Assembly (NCBI RefSeq): GCF_006345805.1
Contig: NC_042999.1
Location: 169,260,001 to 169,324,000 of the forward strand
Direction of reading: 5' to 3'
Length of the DNA: 64,000 bases
From: Octopus sinensis
Lineage: Eukaryota
In this document: one piece after another, positions 50,986-63,347 of the stretch
Layout: every line of letters begins with the position of its first letter
How positions within the stretch are numbered: the first letter of the stretch is position 1
Program-made: the position numbers and the translations under genes
The notes under the pieces: generated by a model
What the model was told of the DNA's origin: nothing
Databases searched by the model: none
The model's input: the letters and a program-made list of their open reading frames with translations, nothing else

Positions 50986-51140
50986 AGAATATTTCAGTTT
51001 CTGCCTACCAAATCCTCTCTCAAAGCTTTGGTTGGCCTATGGCTATAGCAGAAGGCACTTTGCCAAGGTGCTACACAGTGGGATTGAACCTGGAACCATG
51101 TGGTTGGGAAGCCAACTACTTATCATATAACCATGCCTGT
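50985..51140 (-). mobile_element. Partial CORE-type SINE (family B) head
   Basis: gttggcttcccaaccacatggttccaggttcaatcccactgtgtagcaccttggcaaagtgcc on the minus strand. Confidence 0.7.
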
Positions 51141-52550
51141 GCCTGTATGTGGTGTATCTTGCATAGATTAGCTTACTTTTGATCATTTCTCCCCAAGCTA
51201 TGTTACCAAGTGAGAGATTTGAACTCACTGTTACTTTCTACTCTAAGATCCATCTTTTTCAATTTTAATTTCATTTTTTCTGATGCTTTCTCTGACACGG
51301 ACTATGACGCATTCACCTTGTTACATAAGGTACTCAGTGATAGATCCCACAGGTTGAATCCTTCCATTAAATCTGTCCCGAACAGATTCATTGTATTCTT
51401 AGATACCATTAGTTTACATTTCTGCGTCCTGTTTTTAAGTTTTATTTCTGGTGAAATTTCGCCAAAGAATTGAACTCATTCTCCTGACACACCGTGGGCT
51501 ATCCTAGCAGTATTTTTTATACAACGGCCTGCCTATCTTACTCCATGTTGCCTTATTTATTATCGATGCGTCTGAACTGGTATCTAATTGCATTTTGGTC
51601 TGAAACCCATTTACTTCTACCAACACAAATTTTCGGTTTTGTCTGGTATAATTTTCTTTTGTTGAGTAGACTTTCTTCTGTTTTACCATTTTCTTTGACC
51701 GGCATTTCGTCTGTATATGTCCAATTTTACCACACTTAAAACAGGTTTTATCTTTAAAGGGGCAATCTTTCCTCAAATGTTGATCTCTGCACCCATAGTG
51801 CCGTTTTGAATTAAAATTTTTCCTTCTTTCTGTAGTTTCTTTACACATTTGTACATTATTATTCTTGATTTCTATCTTTCTTGTATCATCTCGAAGGTTT
51901 ATTATTTGTTGGCATTCCTCAGCCACTTTTTGCAAAGTGAGTTTCACTTCTTGATTCAACTTTGATAATATTCTTTTTCTAAATTCCACGTCTTCCATTG
52001 CCACTAGTCCTTTAACGAATATTAGGCACTTGAACATATCTGGCATTAATTCTTCCAGCTTAAACTTTTCACCAGTCTTATTAACCATGCTGGCATATGT
52101 TACAAAATCATCAGATTTGTTTTTCATTAAAATTCAAACATTCCCATCGAATGTTAAACTGCAAACTTTTCTCGCTAAACATATTAGTCAAAATATTTAT
52201 CGTTTCATCAAAACGCAGGCTTTCTCGGCAAAATAAAGTTACAAAACTTTTGTGTTCCTGAGTAGCAAGCTTTCACAAAAGGAGCCTTTCCTTCCTTTCC
52301 CTAGACCATCCCTTGCATTCCTCTCGGAATATGTCTTCGTATTGTCTGTAATATGCAGCAAAAGTAGTTCCTTCATCTGGATTGTAGTGAACTTCTTCGA
52401 TGCAATTTGCAACACCATCTGCTGAAAATGATTCTGTCGTGTCTCTCAACTGCAGTAACAATTCTGTTTACTTCTGTAGTTGCTGCTGCTACTTCTGTTA
52501 TTGTTTTACATCTGCTTTCAGTAACTCTTCCACTTTGGTACTATTCGAAA

Positions 52551-52561
52551 CCTCGTCGCCA
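52551..52561 (-). promoter_or_regulatory. Primer-binding site complementary to the tRNA-Ser(GCU) 3' end
   Basis: TGGCGACGAGG follows ...TAACA. Metazoan tRNA-Ser(GCU) ends ...ATCCTCGTCG-CCA, recalled from general knowledge and not searched. Confidence 0.7.
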
Positions 52562-52579
52562 CTGTTATATTGTAATACT

Positions 52580-52811
52580 TATTTCTTTATTACCCACAAG
52601 GAGCTGAACATAGAGGGGACAAACAAGGACAGACATAGGTATTAAGTCGATTACATCGACCCCAGTGCGTAACTGGTACTTAATTTATCGACCCCGAAAG
52701 GATGAAAGGCAAAGTCGACCTCGGCGGAATTTGAACTCACAACGTTGCGACAGATGAAATGCCGCTAAGCATTTCGCCCGGCGCGCTAACGTTTCTGCCA
52801 GCTCGCCGCCT
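52580..52811 (-). mobile_element. Young family A SINE with a 14-bp TSD
   Basis: TSD TATATTGTAATACT (52566-52579) / TATATCGTAATACT (52812-52825); close match to 47430-47648. Confidence 0.9.
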
Positions 52812-53099
52812 TATATCGTAATACTGCACAGTGGCTGTGTGTGCCATGAAAATCCTCATCGCCACTGTTAGATCGCACGTTTGGATGAGCTCTATTCAAC
52901 TCCTCGACGTCTAGACTTCTCCCTCTATATCTACATATTGGGCTAGCCTACTTCATTGTCTGGGGCTGTCGACAATGCTTTCCTCCCATTTTCTTTCTGG
53001 AAATCAAAGCTTTCACTATTGTTGTCTGTTATCACTGGATAAACATCAATGTTTATTGAGTGAAATCACCTGTTATTAGCAATCAATATTTTCATTTAA

Positions 53100-53319
53100 C
53101 CCTGTAACATTCATATTACTCTGTCAAATGTAAAGCTTATGTATTCACACCATGTAAAATTAATCTTGCATCATTTCATGGCTTTGAGATTTCAATGATG
53201 TGATTCTTTATTTTTAAAATGACACAATACGGTAGCTATGAATGACCATATCTGACTAGTTTGAACATAAAATAGGTAGAATATTTTGGCCGGATATGGC
53301 CGGTTTCAATACTAAAGGG
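53100..53319. mobile_element. piggyBac-type MITE (220 bp)
   Basis: TTAA|CCCTGTAACATT ... AATACTAAAGGG|TTAA. Confidence 0.8.
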
Positions 53320-54129
53320 TTAAATATGAATAAGTAGATGTGGGCATTTTGATTCTCTATACTGACTGATGGTTAGTACCAGGCAGGTTGGTAAAGAAAA
53401 ATGCTCGCTAGAAATGTGTGGTAGACAAAAAGCAGCATTAATCAAAGACTTTTTTTTTTTTCTTGCAAATATGGGTGACAACTCTGATTTCCTTCTTATA
53501 GCTTCGTCAATACAGCATAAATTTCACTTACCTATTGTTTTTCATGTGGGTGTCATCTCAGAATTATTTCATTTCTAAACATTTTTTTTTCATGTACCAG
53601 TCAATGTAAAACCTTGTGCATATACTTAGTAACGCTTTTATCACTATTTCAGCAAGTTGGTAAAGGCTATGCTTATGTTATTTCCTATACTTGCAGCAAA
53701 TAAGAAAATAATATTGGTCATTGATTAATATCACTTTTCTTCACTTCATATGTATTTCTGTAGCTTTCTAATGTTCCATGCATTTGAATATTAACACTAA
53801 CTTATTAATAGTCAATTGATTAAATATCTAACCAACAAACTAATTGATAGTTTGTTTGATGTACTGGTTAAACAATTGGTTGTTGGTTAGTTAAACTTAT
53901 TTCATTACTGTTTACAACTTGTTGTTTTCTATGCATATGATGTCCTAGAATTATTTACTTTTTTGCATTAGGCTTTGACTATCATCCGTGATAGTCATTA
54001 CTGATAGTTGCATTGATGCCAATATAAATCAGTGGCTTTATCAAGTGATAAAGCTTTGGTTCTTGTGTTCTTGTTGAGCATTATTACTGTTAATGTTCAT
54101 ATTCCTTCTGCAAGAATTTGCTCTTTTTA

Positions 54130-55080
54130 TCTCGGTCTTCAGAAATGTACAAACTGTAAGACTGCCTGTAAATTTTTAGCACTGACTTGTCTATAATCTT
54201 CCTGACAATTCAGATTTTCCTTACAATTGACCTACTTTTCCTGAATTCATTTTGGTTTCTTTGCAAGATCTTCTGAAGTTCTGGTTGTGTGTGTTTCAAC
54301 AACAATTTGATGCAGCATTACTATTTATCATCTGCCTTGATTATGTCTTTTGAACTGCCACTGAAAAAAGTTTAAAAAAGAAAAAACTTCTGCTTCACCA
54401 ACAAAATCCATCACACTCAGTGCTTTACCACCACAATTACAAATGCAGATTATACTGATATCTTCTACATGACCTTGAAAATCCCTGGAGATATGGTCTT
54501 TATGTCAGTGCCTCAAACATTTAATACATCTAGTTCAGTCAATCTGAAGGAATCAATAAGCACAATTAAAATCCTTTCAAGTCTCCTTTAGACTCCTCCA
54601 TAGACATAAGAAGCAGCATTACATCTGCAGAAAAGGATGTAAAAATTGATCCTGCAAAAGCTTGAGCAGTTCTTGGCCTTAGTGTTATCTTCGAGTCCTC
54701 ACTATCAGTTGATCTTAAAAGAAGTTTCTTTTGTATCTGGAATCAATGCTATTGTATGGTTCCACTGCCTGAACACTTGCCAAGCATCTGGAGATAAGGC
54801 TTGATGGGGCTTACCCTCACATGTTACAGCTCATCCAACCAAAAATTGCACAGCATTCTTCTTGCAATCACATCTGGTCAATCGAGAGAGACTCTTATGC
54901 TTTGTAGGATGTTGCTAGAAGAATAAGCAAGTACTCACTAGTGAGACACTCTTATGGGTACTTTCATATGAATATGCTTGGGCCAGCTATCTAGCCATAT
55001 ACTGATCAATTTGTACAGACACGGGATGTTGCTCTGTTTACCAAACACTTAAACAGAACCATGATGAGCAGCTTAATCCA
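54130..55080 (+). mobile_element. Very old LINE RT/C-terminal fragment (RTE-like)
   Basis: Decayed NADY.D, AKA.AVL..SVIF.S.LS.DLKRSFF and Y.DQ....G segments. Confidence 0.5.
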
Positions 55081-55157
55081 GTGAAGCAAATCCAAGCAAA
55101 GTAAACAAGATGATGATTAATAGTTGTGTTCACGTGATTCAGTGGAAAATCCATTTT

Positions 55158-55232
55158 CTAGTAGTAGTAGTGGTGGTGGTAGTGGTGGTAGTAGTGGTGG
55201 TGGTAGTGGTGGTAGTAGTGGTGGTAGTGGTG
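55158..55232. repeat. (GTA)/(GTG) compound trinucleotide repeat
   Basis: Direct reading; gives poly-Val and poly-Pro/Leu spurious ORFs. Confidence 0.95.
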
Positions 55233-55472
55233 GTAGTAGTGGTGGTGGTAGTACTTGATTTAGTGTTTCTTTTTGCATTTTGGTTTTCAATGGATTATTC
55301 TTTACACATTGCCATGGTAACCAGTAGTCTGAATTCAAATTAAGGATTAGTTAATGGAAGGTAAAACATTATGCACAACAACTTCTCATGAGTTGTGCTG
55401 TAGATAGGTAGGTATAAACATTGCTATGAAATTACTTCACTTCTTTTCTTAATTTCATACAAATATATGACA

Positions 55473-55858
55473 CCAGCAGCATCGCCCGGCGTTGCTCGGG
55501 TTTGTAAGGGAAATAACTATATAAGCATTTTTAGAGATGTAAAGTATAATAGCCATCTCAATATGGCTAACCGCAAAGGGGGGGGTAGTTTTTTACGTTC
55601 TGAGATTTGATAATAAATTTTTAGAGAGTTACTTCCCTTATATATGCCAAAAATGCATTAAAAATGGGAAAAATTGATGGTAAATTTTTTTTTAAATCGT
55701 AAACTCATCGTAGACATGCGCTACTACCCAGAAGGGCTCGATATGAATCACGACTATAAGATACCCGGTTTTGGTTAAACTGCACCGCAAAATGTGGGAG
55801 TAGTTAGGAATCTAAATCGTAGGAGACAGACACACAACCTCACTTTTATATATAAAGA
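55473..55858 (-). mobile_element. Short non-autonomous Helitron (same family as 48369-49143)
   Basis: 5' A|TCTTTATATATAAAAGTG at 55858; 3' hairpin plus CTGG|T (fits CTRR) at 55473. Confidence 0.88.
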
Positions 55859-55919
55859 TATGTAAGTCCATAGCTATTTATTTGATGTATAACATGTACA
55901 TGCATGATGTGTGTATATG

Positions 55920-56048
55920 TATGCATGCCATGGTCAAGCTGTAGGTTTAGTGACAGAAAGTGATAAAGGAATACAACTTGTTGGCTACTGTGAAAGAGTA
56001 GTTCCCAAAGATACCAATGTGAGTGAGGAGAATACTGGTTCAGTACAC
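55920..56048 (+). pseudogene. Diverged duplicate of part of the PDZ2-end exon (copy of 58256-58384)
   Basis: Gap-free alignment of 43 codons with 25 mismatches in 129 nt by hand count; reads ACHGQAVGLVTESDKGIQLVGYCERVVPKDTNVS. Confidence 0.85.
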
Positions 56049-56173
56049 ATATGTATATTTATCCATACTTACGTATAAGCATATGTATCTGCTGAAATGC
56101 TTTCATATATTTTACATTCATAGAACTGCATGCACAAATGTTGGTATGCTCAGTTACACATTCTCATAGGCAT

Positions 56174-56210
<37 letters not shown>

Positions 56211-56381
56211 AGTATGCACATGTGCACATACACACTCAGTGTATATCTCATTCATGCACCCACACATACATATGTTGACACACATACACCTTAACTACAC
56301 ACACTACAGATCTATTTGTCTATCAACATGTCCTCTTTAGTTGTAAATCTATACTAATCAGTATATTTGATTTCCTTTTAG

Positions 56382-56462
56382 GCTATCTATATTTCACGGA
56401 TTATCGATGGAGCTGCTGCCCACAGGGATGGAAATTTGTTCGTTGGAGATCGCATCCTCTCG
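56382..56462 (+). CDS. scrib: Scribble coding exon: middle of PDZ2 (AIYISRIIDGAAAHRDGNLFVGDRILS)
   Basis: tttccttttag|GCT...TCG|gtaaaa, 81 nt, phase 0-0, PDZ ISRI...GA A..DG.L.VGDRIL motif. Confidence 0.88.
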
Positions 56463-56650
56463 GTAAAATTTTCCCTTTGCTTTCTTTCTTTTGCTTATTC
56501 TGTCACAATCTTTTTCTGATGTTTCTATGATCATCGAGTTGTTTTCATTTTGTGTTGAATTACCATATCTGTCTTTTTATGTATATTTGTGTATGTGTGC
56601 ACACTCTCTCTTTTGCTTTCTGTCACACACACAAAGGTTAGCTGTACAAC

Positions 56651-56972
56651 ATCATCATCATCATTTAGCGTCCGTTTTCCATGCTAGCATGGGTTGGACA
56701 GTTCAACTGGGGTCTGTGAAGCCAGAAGGCTGCACTAGGCCCCAGTCTGATCTGGCAGTGTTTCTACGGCTGGATGCCCTTCCTAACGCCTACCACTCAG
56801 TGAGTGTAGTGGGTGCTTTTTACGTGCCACCCACACAGGAGCCAGATGGAGCTGGCAAACGGCCACGGACGGATGGTGCTTTTTACGTGCCACCAGCACG
56901 GGGGCCAGGCGAGGCTGGCAACGGCCACAAACGGATGGTGCTTTTTACGTGTCACCGGCACGGAGGCCAGTC
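56651..56972 (-). mobile_element. RTE 3' UTR fragment with three repeat units
   Basis: (ATC)n tail, ccatgctagcatgggttgg, three gtgctttttacgtg units. Confidence 0.85.
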
Positions 56973-57259
56973 CAACAATATCCAACAAACATTTACTTAT
57001 AGTTGAGTGGTAAAAGATGAAATTACATGTAGCTATGAAAATTTGCAAGTTTATGGGAAAATTAATATAGTTTAAAGAGATTAAAGTCAGTCAGTAAGTA
57101 ATATTATCCAAACTGACAGCATGATGCTTCAACCATGAACTTAATGTACATTAGAAATTTTAAAATATTTTTGTAAATCTTAACTCACTTCAATGCTAAA
57201 CAGTCAGAACTGTCAAACAAAATAATTTTATGGAATTTCAACAAATCCAAAGAATCATC

Positions 57260-58075
57260 ATCATCTGCTCTCTATGATGGCATGGGCTGGACAGGAGCTT
57301 TATTTGTTTATTTTGACATGGTTTCTACAGCTGGATACCCTTCCTAATGCCAATCACTTTACAGTGTACTAGGTGCTTTCTTGTGACACTGGCACAGTGC
57401 TTTTACATGACACCAGCATAGGTGCTTTTATGTAGCACCAGCTCCCATGAGCCAACATGACTAGCAGCTCTTGGCTGAGAGAGAGAACATGCCTGTATGC
57501 ATGGAAAGTCATGATTTTACTTAACTTGATGTGTCTTCTCAAGCACAGTAAACCACCAGATGTCTTGGCCCCTTGTGAGGTCCAGCATCTGAAGATCTTT
57601 TCTCACCACATCTCACATCTTCCTGGGTACCCCTTCCACATGTTCTATCCACAATTAGAGATCAGCACTTGATGCAGCTGTCCTCATTTATATGTATCAC
57701 ATGAGTATACCAGTGCAGTCTTCTCCTACACACTACATCTGATGCCTCTTATACCCAGTTTTTCACTCAAATCACTTTCACTCTGTCATACACGTACACT
57801 GTTGTCATTTCTTTCAGCATACTGGTGTCATTTCATGTCCCCAGTAGTCACAGCCCATGTCTCACTGCCATGTAGCATAGCTGTTCATCCACAGGCATCA
57901 TACAATCTTCCTTTCACTCTGAGGGAGAAGCCCTTTGTTACTAACAGAGGTAGTAGCTCTCTGAACTTACCCAACCCATTTTTATTCTAGCAGCTACACT
58001 TTCAGAATTACTCCTCCAATGCTAACTTGATCACCCAAGTAAGGGAAACTGTCTACTACCTCTAACGATCCCTAC
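57260..58075 (-). mobile_element. Degenerate RTE 3' fragment just upstream of the PDZ2-end exon
   Basis: Decayed RT C-terminus (KGFSLRVKGRLYDAC-like) and 3' UTR. Confidence 0.7.
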
Positions 58076-58234
58076 TGGACACTTGACCGAATCAATTTAC
58101 TGTACTTTCCTGGTTTTTTAATATACCTGCACATGTGCTATATTTTGAATAATTTGAAGTTTCAAAGGTTTTTCTATATATTTTTCTTTTTTCTTTCTGT
58201 TCTGCATCACTGAGAAATACTTATTCCTTTCCAG

Positions 58235-59032
58235 ATCAATGGTATTGATATGCAGGATGCACGCCATGACCAAGCTGTAGCCTTACTGACAGGAAGTGAT
58301 AAAGAAATAAAACTTGTTGTCTACCGTGAAAGAGTAGTTCCCAAAGGTGCCAATGTGAGCATGGAAAGCACTGGATCGGTTCAGAAGTTACCACAAATGA
58401 CACAACCCCGTATCACTTGGACATCACAGCCTGCTGCAGATATATCTTTGCCATCAGTTTCACCTGGCTACAACAACCAGCCTATGGTTCTTAAAGAACC
58501 AAGCAGCACTCATGCAGAGCCTGCTTCTGTAACTCCTCATTTATACAAGCCTTCTATATCAGCTTCTACAGTTCCTACTGCTACTATTACTTCTACTACT
58601 ACTACTGTTACCAATCAACAGGCCTCCCCAGCTCTCCAAACCATCAGACACTCGTCACACTCACCAAATATTTCTTCTGCTTGCACATCTCCATCTTTTC
58701 GAACTTTATCATCTGACTGGACAACTCCACCACCCACAATCCAGCCACCTCGCTTCCATTACCCAGGTTATAGTAAGTCTCCTACAGTAGCTACAAAATT
58801 TACAAGCAATGAACAAAAAGAATCTTTTATGCAAACCAAATCTTCTTCAGCAAGTGTTTATCAGTCTCCTGTGAAATCTAGTGCTGACTCCCGGGCCAGC
58901 ACAAGCAGTGTTAACACCAGAGCAGGGCTCCCAACAGTATCTGGGGGCAGCTCAATCCCACTGCTTACTTCACGTGACCGGCTACCTAGGGCTAATTTGA
59001 ACCATGAAGAATCGCATGCTTATCCAGTTGAG
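58235..59032 (+). CDS. scrib: Scribble coding exon: end of PDZ2 (INGIDMQDARHDQAVALLTG...) plus long S/T/P-rich linker to ...YPVE
   Basis: ttcctttccag|ATC...GAG|gtaagt, 798 nt open, phase 0-0. ARHDQAVALLT matches Scribble PDZ2, and YPVE(EI) precedes Scribble PDZ3. Confidence 0.9.
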
Positions 59033-62000
59033 GTAAGTTTACCAGGCTGTCAAATTCCATCTTGACACTTCATTGCAGACTATATGCTGAATGCTTTGGA
59101 AGCGGTATTTTTTAGTAATTTTCTAACATCAGCTGCTATATAATTATTGAAGATTAAAAAGACCCTTAGAGATCTTTTGCTGTTTTTTGGTATTTTTCTC
59201 CCTCCCACTGTTTTTATTCCATCAGCCAGCACATTTTGTACATTTTCAACATAATCTTTGAGTTGAATTTTTCTTTCATCAAAGAACAAAATTTTTAGGT
59301 GCTTTTTTGCCAATATTCCTTTCTCTTGCCTTTCAACAATTTTTTGTTTTTTATTGAAGTTCTTGTAACAGAAACATGGAGATTTAAAATTTTTTCATCT
59401 AAAAATAATTATACCACTAGAATATTCACATTTTTATTGTTTCCTTTAATTTCTGCCTGTCATATTTTTAATGTCTGAATCATAGCTTTAAGACAATTTC
59501 TTCACATTTCCTTTCCCCATTGGAAAAATGAATTTAGAAAATTTATAAACATTTCCTGAACCCCTACCCAACAAAAAAACAAGCTGTTTTTAAAAAGTTA
59601 AGAACCTAAATCCAATCCTGTTTATATTATTGACCCTTCCCCCATATTTTTTTATTCCAGGTCTATTCCATTTTTGTCAAGATATATATGTGTAAACCAC
59701 AATCTGTGGGCTGGCTCTATTTAATTTATCCAACCCTATGTCAGTATATAAATTCCTCCCCATTGTTGCTACGTTACATGCTCCACTTTCTGCTCTTGTT
59801 TATTGATTTCATATTTGAAAGTTGTTCTGTTTCTACAAGTTTTCAAAACTTATTTCAAAAAATACTTTAGAAATTATTCTTCTCTCCTAAATATTGCATT
59901 TTCATTTCTAGCAGATTTCTTTAAATTGAAAGTAATTATAAACATAGTGTTTGATCACAGAAGGTATTGCAAGACTGAAATATATACTGCTAAGTGAGCA
60001 ATAATATTGGCTTTATTGGGTAATAGATGGTTAATACTTGTAGGACTATCTGAAATCAGATGATCATCAAGTAATAAAACTGAACACTAAAATTTCCTAC
60101 TTACTTAATCCTCATCTCACCTCTTGTTACTACCTTTGCAGGCAGATACTTTAAAATCATTAAAAAAATGCATGTCAGTTATGATATACTTCTCTGTATT
60201 TCATAATCCTTAAACTATTGTTTTTTGGGGGTTTTTTTGTTTTGTTTTTTTAATCATTGTTAATGTGCATTTAAAAATATTATGGAGTGCTTTCTTTTTA
60301 TAAATTACTTTTCTGGCAAACCCACAGAAGGCAGATGGATAAAATATTCCATAAAATTACAAAACTGTATCATTGGTTTCTTGATATACCTTTTCACTTG
60401 AATAAATTTTTATATTGAGTTTCTCTGATACTTCTGGAAAAGGTGTAACAAGAAATATTAAACTCTTGTTATTTTTCTCATTCATTCTAAGTCACAAATA
60501 GTTTTGATTGAAATTGGACTTAAGAATATGAAGTTTCAGTCAACACTTATATATTCATTGTAAAATGCATTATTTTCCTTTGTACATGTGAACCCCTTTC
60601 AAAACAAAAGAACTAAAGAACTCAGAGAGGAAATATATTATTTCCTATGAATTATAAGTAACTAAGATTTATTATTCAACAATTCAGTTAAATCCTTCTA
60701 AGAATATCTCTGAAATGAGATGTTGGTAGTTTGAAAACACAAGATATTTGTTATTTCTATTTTGGCTTTGATTACCATTATAACAGTGGTAGTGATTGTT
60801 GTTGTTTTCTTATCATTGTTGCTGCTGTTGTTATTATTGTATGAAAACTAGAAAGCTGGTAATTTTTATATTCTAAAGACTATTTTTGAGTAACATGGCT
60901 TGACCTGGGAAGCTCACACATTATATTTGAAATTATCTTTTTAAGGAGTGATTAAATATTCAGGGTATCCATTTCAATAAATATAGGTCATGCATACACA
61001 CACAAATGTGTGTGTTGTGTTCACATAGAGGATGGTATACAATTGAAAGATAATCTCTACAGATTTTCTATAGAAGATTAACAATTAAAAGAAAAGAGCA
61101 GTCAACACATATTGTGTAGGCTGAATATTTATATTTACAGTTTAACTCAGATTTTCACAGCTAAAAGCTTTCCAGGCAGAAAAACACATCTCATCATTTG
61201 GATACTTTAATACTGAAATGTCCAAATTATCAAGATATGTTTTGTGCCTTTAAAACTTCTGGTATTATACTACTTTTGGTAATATTCCTATCAATATATA
61301 TTTGTAATTTAATTTGGGAAGTTTCTTGTATTAATTTATTCAATTTAGAAGTAAGTAATGTTGTTCATTTAAACTTTTAATTATAAATTTTCTTAAGTGC
61401 TGTAAGGTATTGTCTGCACATATACCTAACCAGACATTTTTCATCTAAATCACACTGCCTTTGCATTTTCTGTTTTATTATTTCAGATTATATAAACCAT
61501 TTTGACCCCTCTGATCCTTAAAATGTTTGGTCACTTATTTGTTATGTTCGGATATCAAATAGGAAGGTGGAGATGTTTGAGTCAGTCAGTTGCTTGACTA
61601 AATGCTGTATTACTTTTAGTTTCCTTGCTCATTGCTGAATTCAAATCTTCTCAACTTCAGCTTTGTGTTTCATTCTACCATAGCTGATTAAATTAAATAT
61701 CAGTGATATACTGAGATTGATGTAACCATCTTTACCCTTATCTATGAAAATGGGCCTTAAACCTATGTACAAAATGGTTTTAAGTGTCAAAAAATTTGGA
61801 AATTAATTTGTGTTGAAGAAATTCCTATTTTCCAGGAAATATTACTTCTCTTATTTTACAGAGATTCTACATATTGAGTATTTGTATCAAATTTATTTCA
61901 TAAATGTTTGAATTTTTAAAGAATACTAAACATTTTGGATTCTGGACAGTTTATATAACACAAAATGACAACTGAAGAGAGATAAACACTATTTTCCCCC

Positions 62001-62632
62001 ATTTTCTTTCTCTTTTTTTTCAATTGATGAGCAAAAAATTGTTCTGACTGGTGAATAAATTTAAAGTCAACTCTAAATTAGCTGACCCCAATCCATTATT
62101 ATGCTGGTTTATCTCTATTTCATATTTACTCTTCTGCAATAGAACAAACTACACATACCACAACAATCAGTTAACTATCATCTGTTAGAAATTCCTACAA
62201 TTATTTCTTTCTTTACCTTCTTCATGTTATTTCTTTGATGTGAACCTGAATTTGTTTCTAAGATGGATATTTTTATTCAATGTGTGTTGGTATTTGGTAT
62301 TTTTCATCTCAGGGAGAACCTATTTATGACTTAGGTAAAACTGAGTAATGTTTTTCAAATACTCTAGAATTATCATAAAAGGATGCACTGTTTCTTTTTA
62401 TTTGTTTTTTTTTTTATCTACAAATTATTTCATTTCATTTGTTATACCACTTGTTTTTTTTTTTTTTTTGTTTTTTCCCCCTTATAAACCAAAGCACTGT
62501 GATTTGTAACAACATCTGCTGTGCAATGAACTTATTGCTATGAAAAAAGGTGTTTCACTTGAAATCTCTGAACTTCCTTGACAAAATTTGTACAGGTTAA
62601 AATATACTTACACAAAAACCAAACCTCCACAT

Positions 62633-62635
<3 letters not shown>

Positions 62636-62672
<37 letters not shown>

Positions 62673-62735
62673 TATATACATATATATATACATATATATG
62701 TGTGTATGTGTGTATGTGTGTGTGTGTGTGTGTGT
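62636..62735. repeat. (TA)n/(TG)n compound microsatellite
   Basis: Direct reading. Confidence 0.9.
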
Positions 62736-63316
62736 GGTATGCATTGTGTCTATGTATGTATACACATATATAAGACATGCTTTTTTCTTCTCCAAACATG
62801 TTTGTAGAATTAATTTCCATTAAATGTTGAAAAAAAAAAAACCAATAAGATTTTTAAGAATATTTACAAATTTTCTTTTCCATGTGTTCCTTTCAGTTAG
62901 TTTTTTTTTTCTTTGTGTGTGTTTCTTAGTGAATTTACAATATGTTAACATTGAAATATTTCATTCATTTTGGTGATTTTTATCAACTTTCTAGAGAGGC
63001 ATAAATGCATGTACATCTTGAATATACAAAATATTTTTTTCTTTTTCTATTCCATGATTTTTCTTCCCTTCATATTCATCCAACTTTGTAATTTTCACTC
63101 ATTTACATGATTCACTGCCCTCACTCACATGCTAAATTTAGTTGGATTTAAAATGGTTCAAAAAAAGCTCTTAATCCCATCACTCTCATGGTTCACCATC
63201 CAACGTATATTTACTTTCAAAGTAGAAACACTGGGTACATTATTACAATTGTGGAAGCATTTCTATTTCCATATGGTTCATATATTTATAAGTATATGTG
63301 TGTGTGTGTGTGTATG

Positions 63317-63347
<31 letters not shown>

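Larger units (their letters stand above)
51230..52935 (-). mobile_element. Ty3/gypsy (Mag-like) LTR retrotransposon 5' remnant: LTR end, PBS, gag with two CCHC knuckles, protease
   Basis: FKCLIFVKGL, C.D.H...DC and CFKCGKIGHIQTKC, MQLDTSSDASII (decayed D[T/S]G), NLFGTDLM; TAACA-G-TGGCGACGAGG junction at 52551-52567. Confidence 0.85.

Noticed and set aside
55473-56048. Helitron capture as the origin of the duplicated exon fragment
   Set aside because: The fragment lies outside the element, beyond its 5' TC end, and the element is the same length as its siblings. Proximity alone is not evidence.
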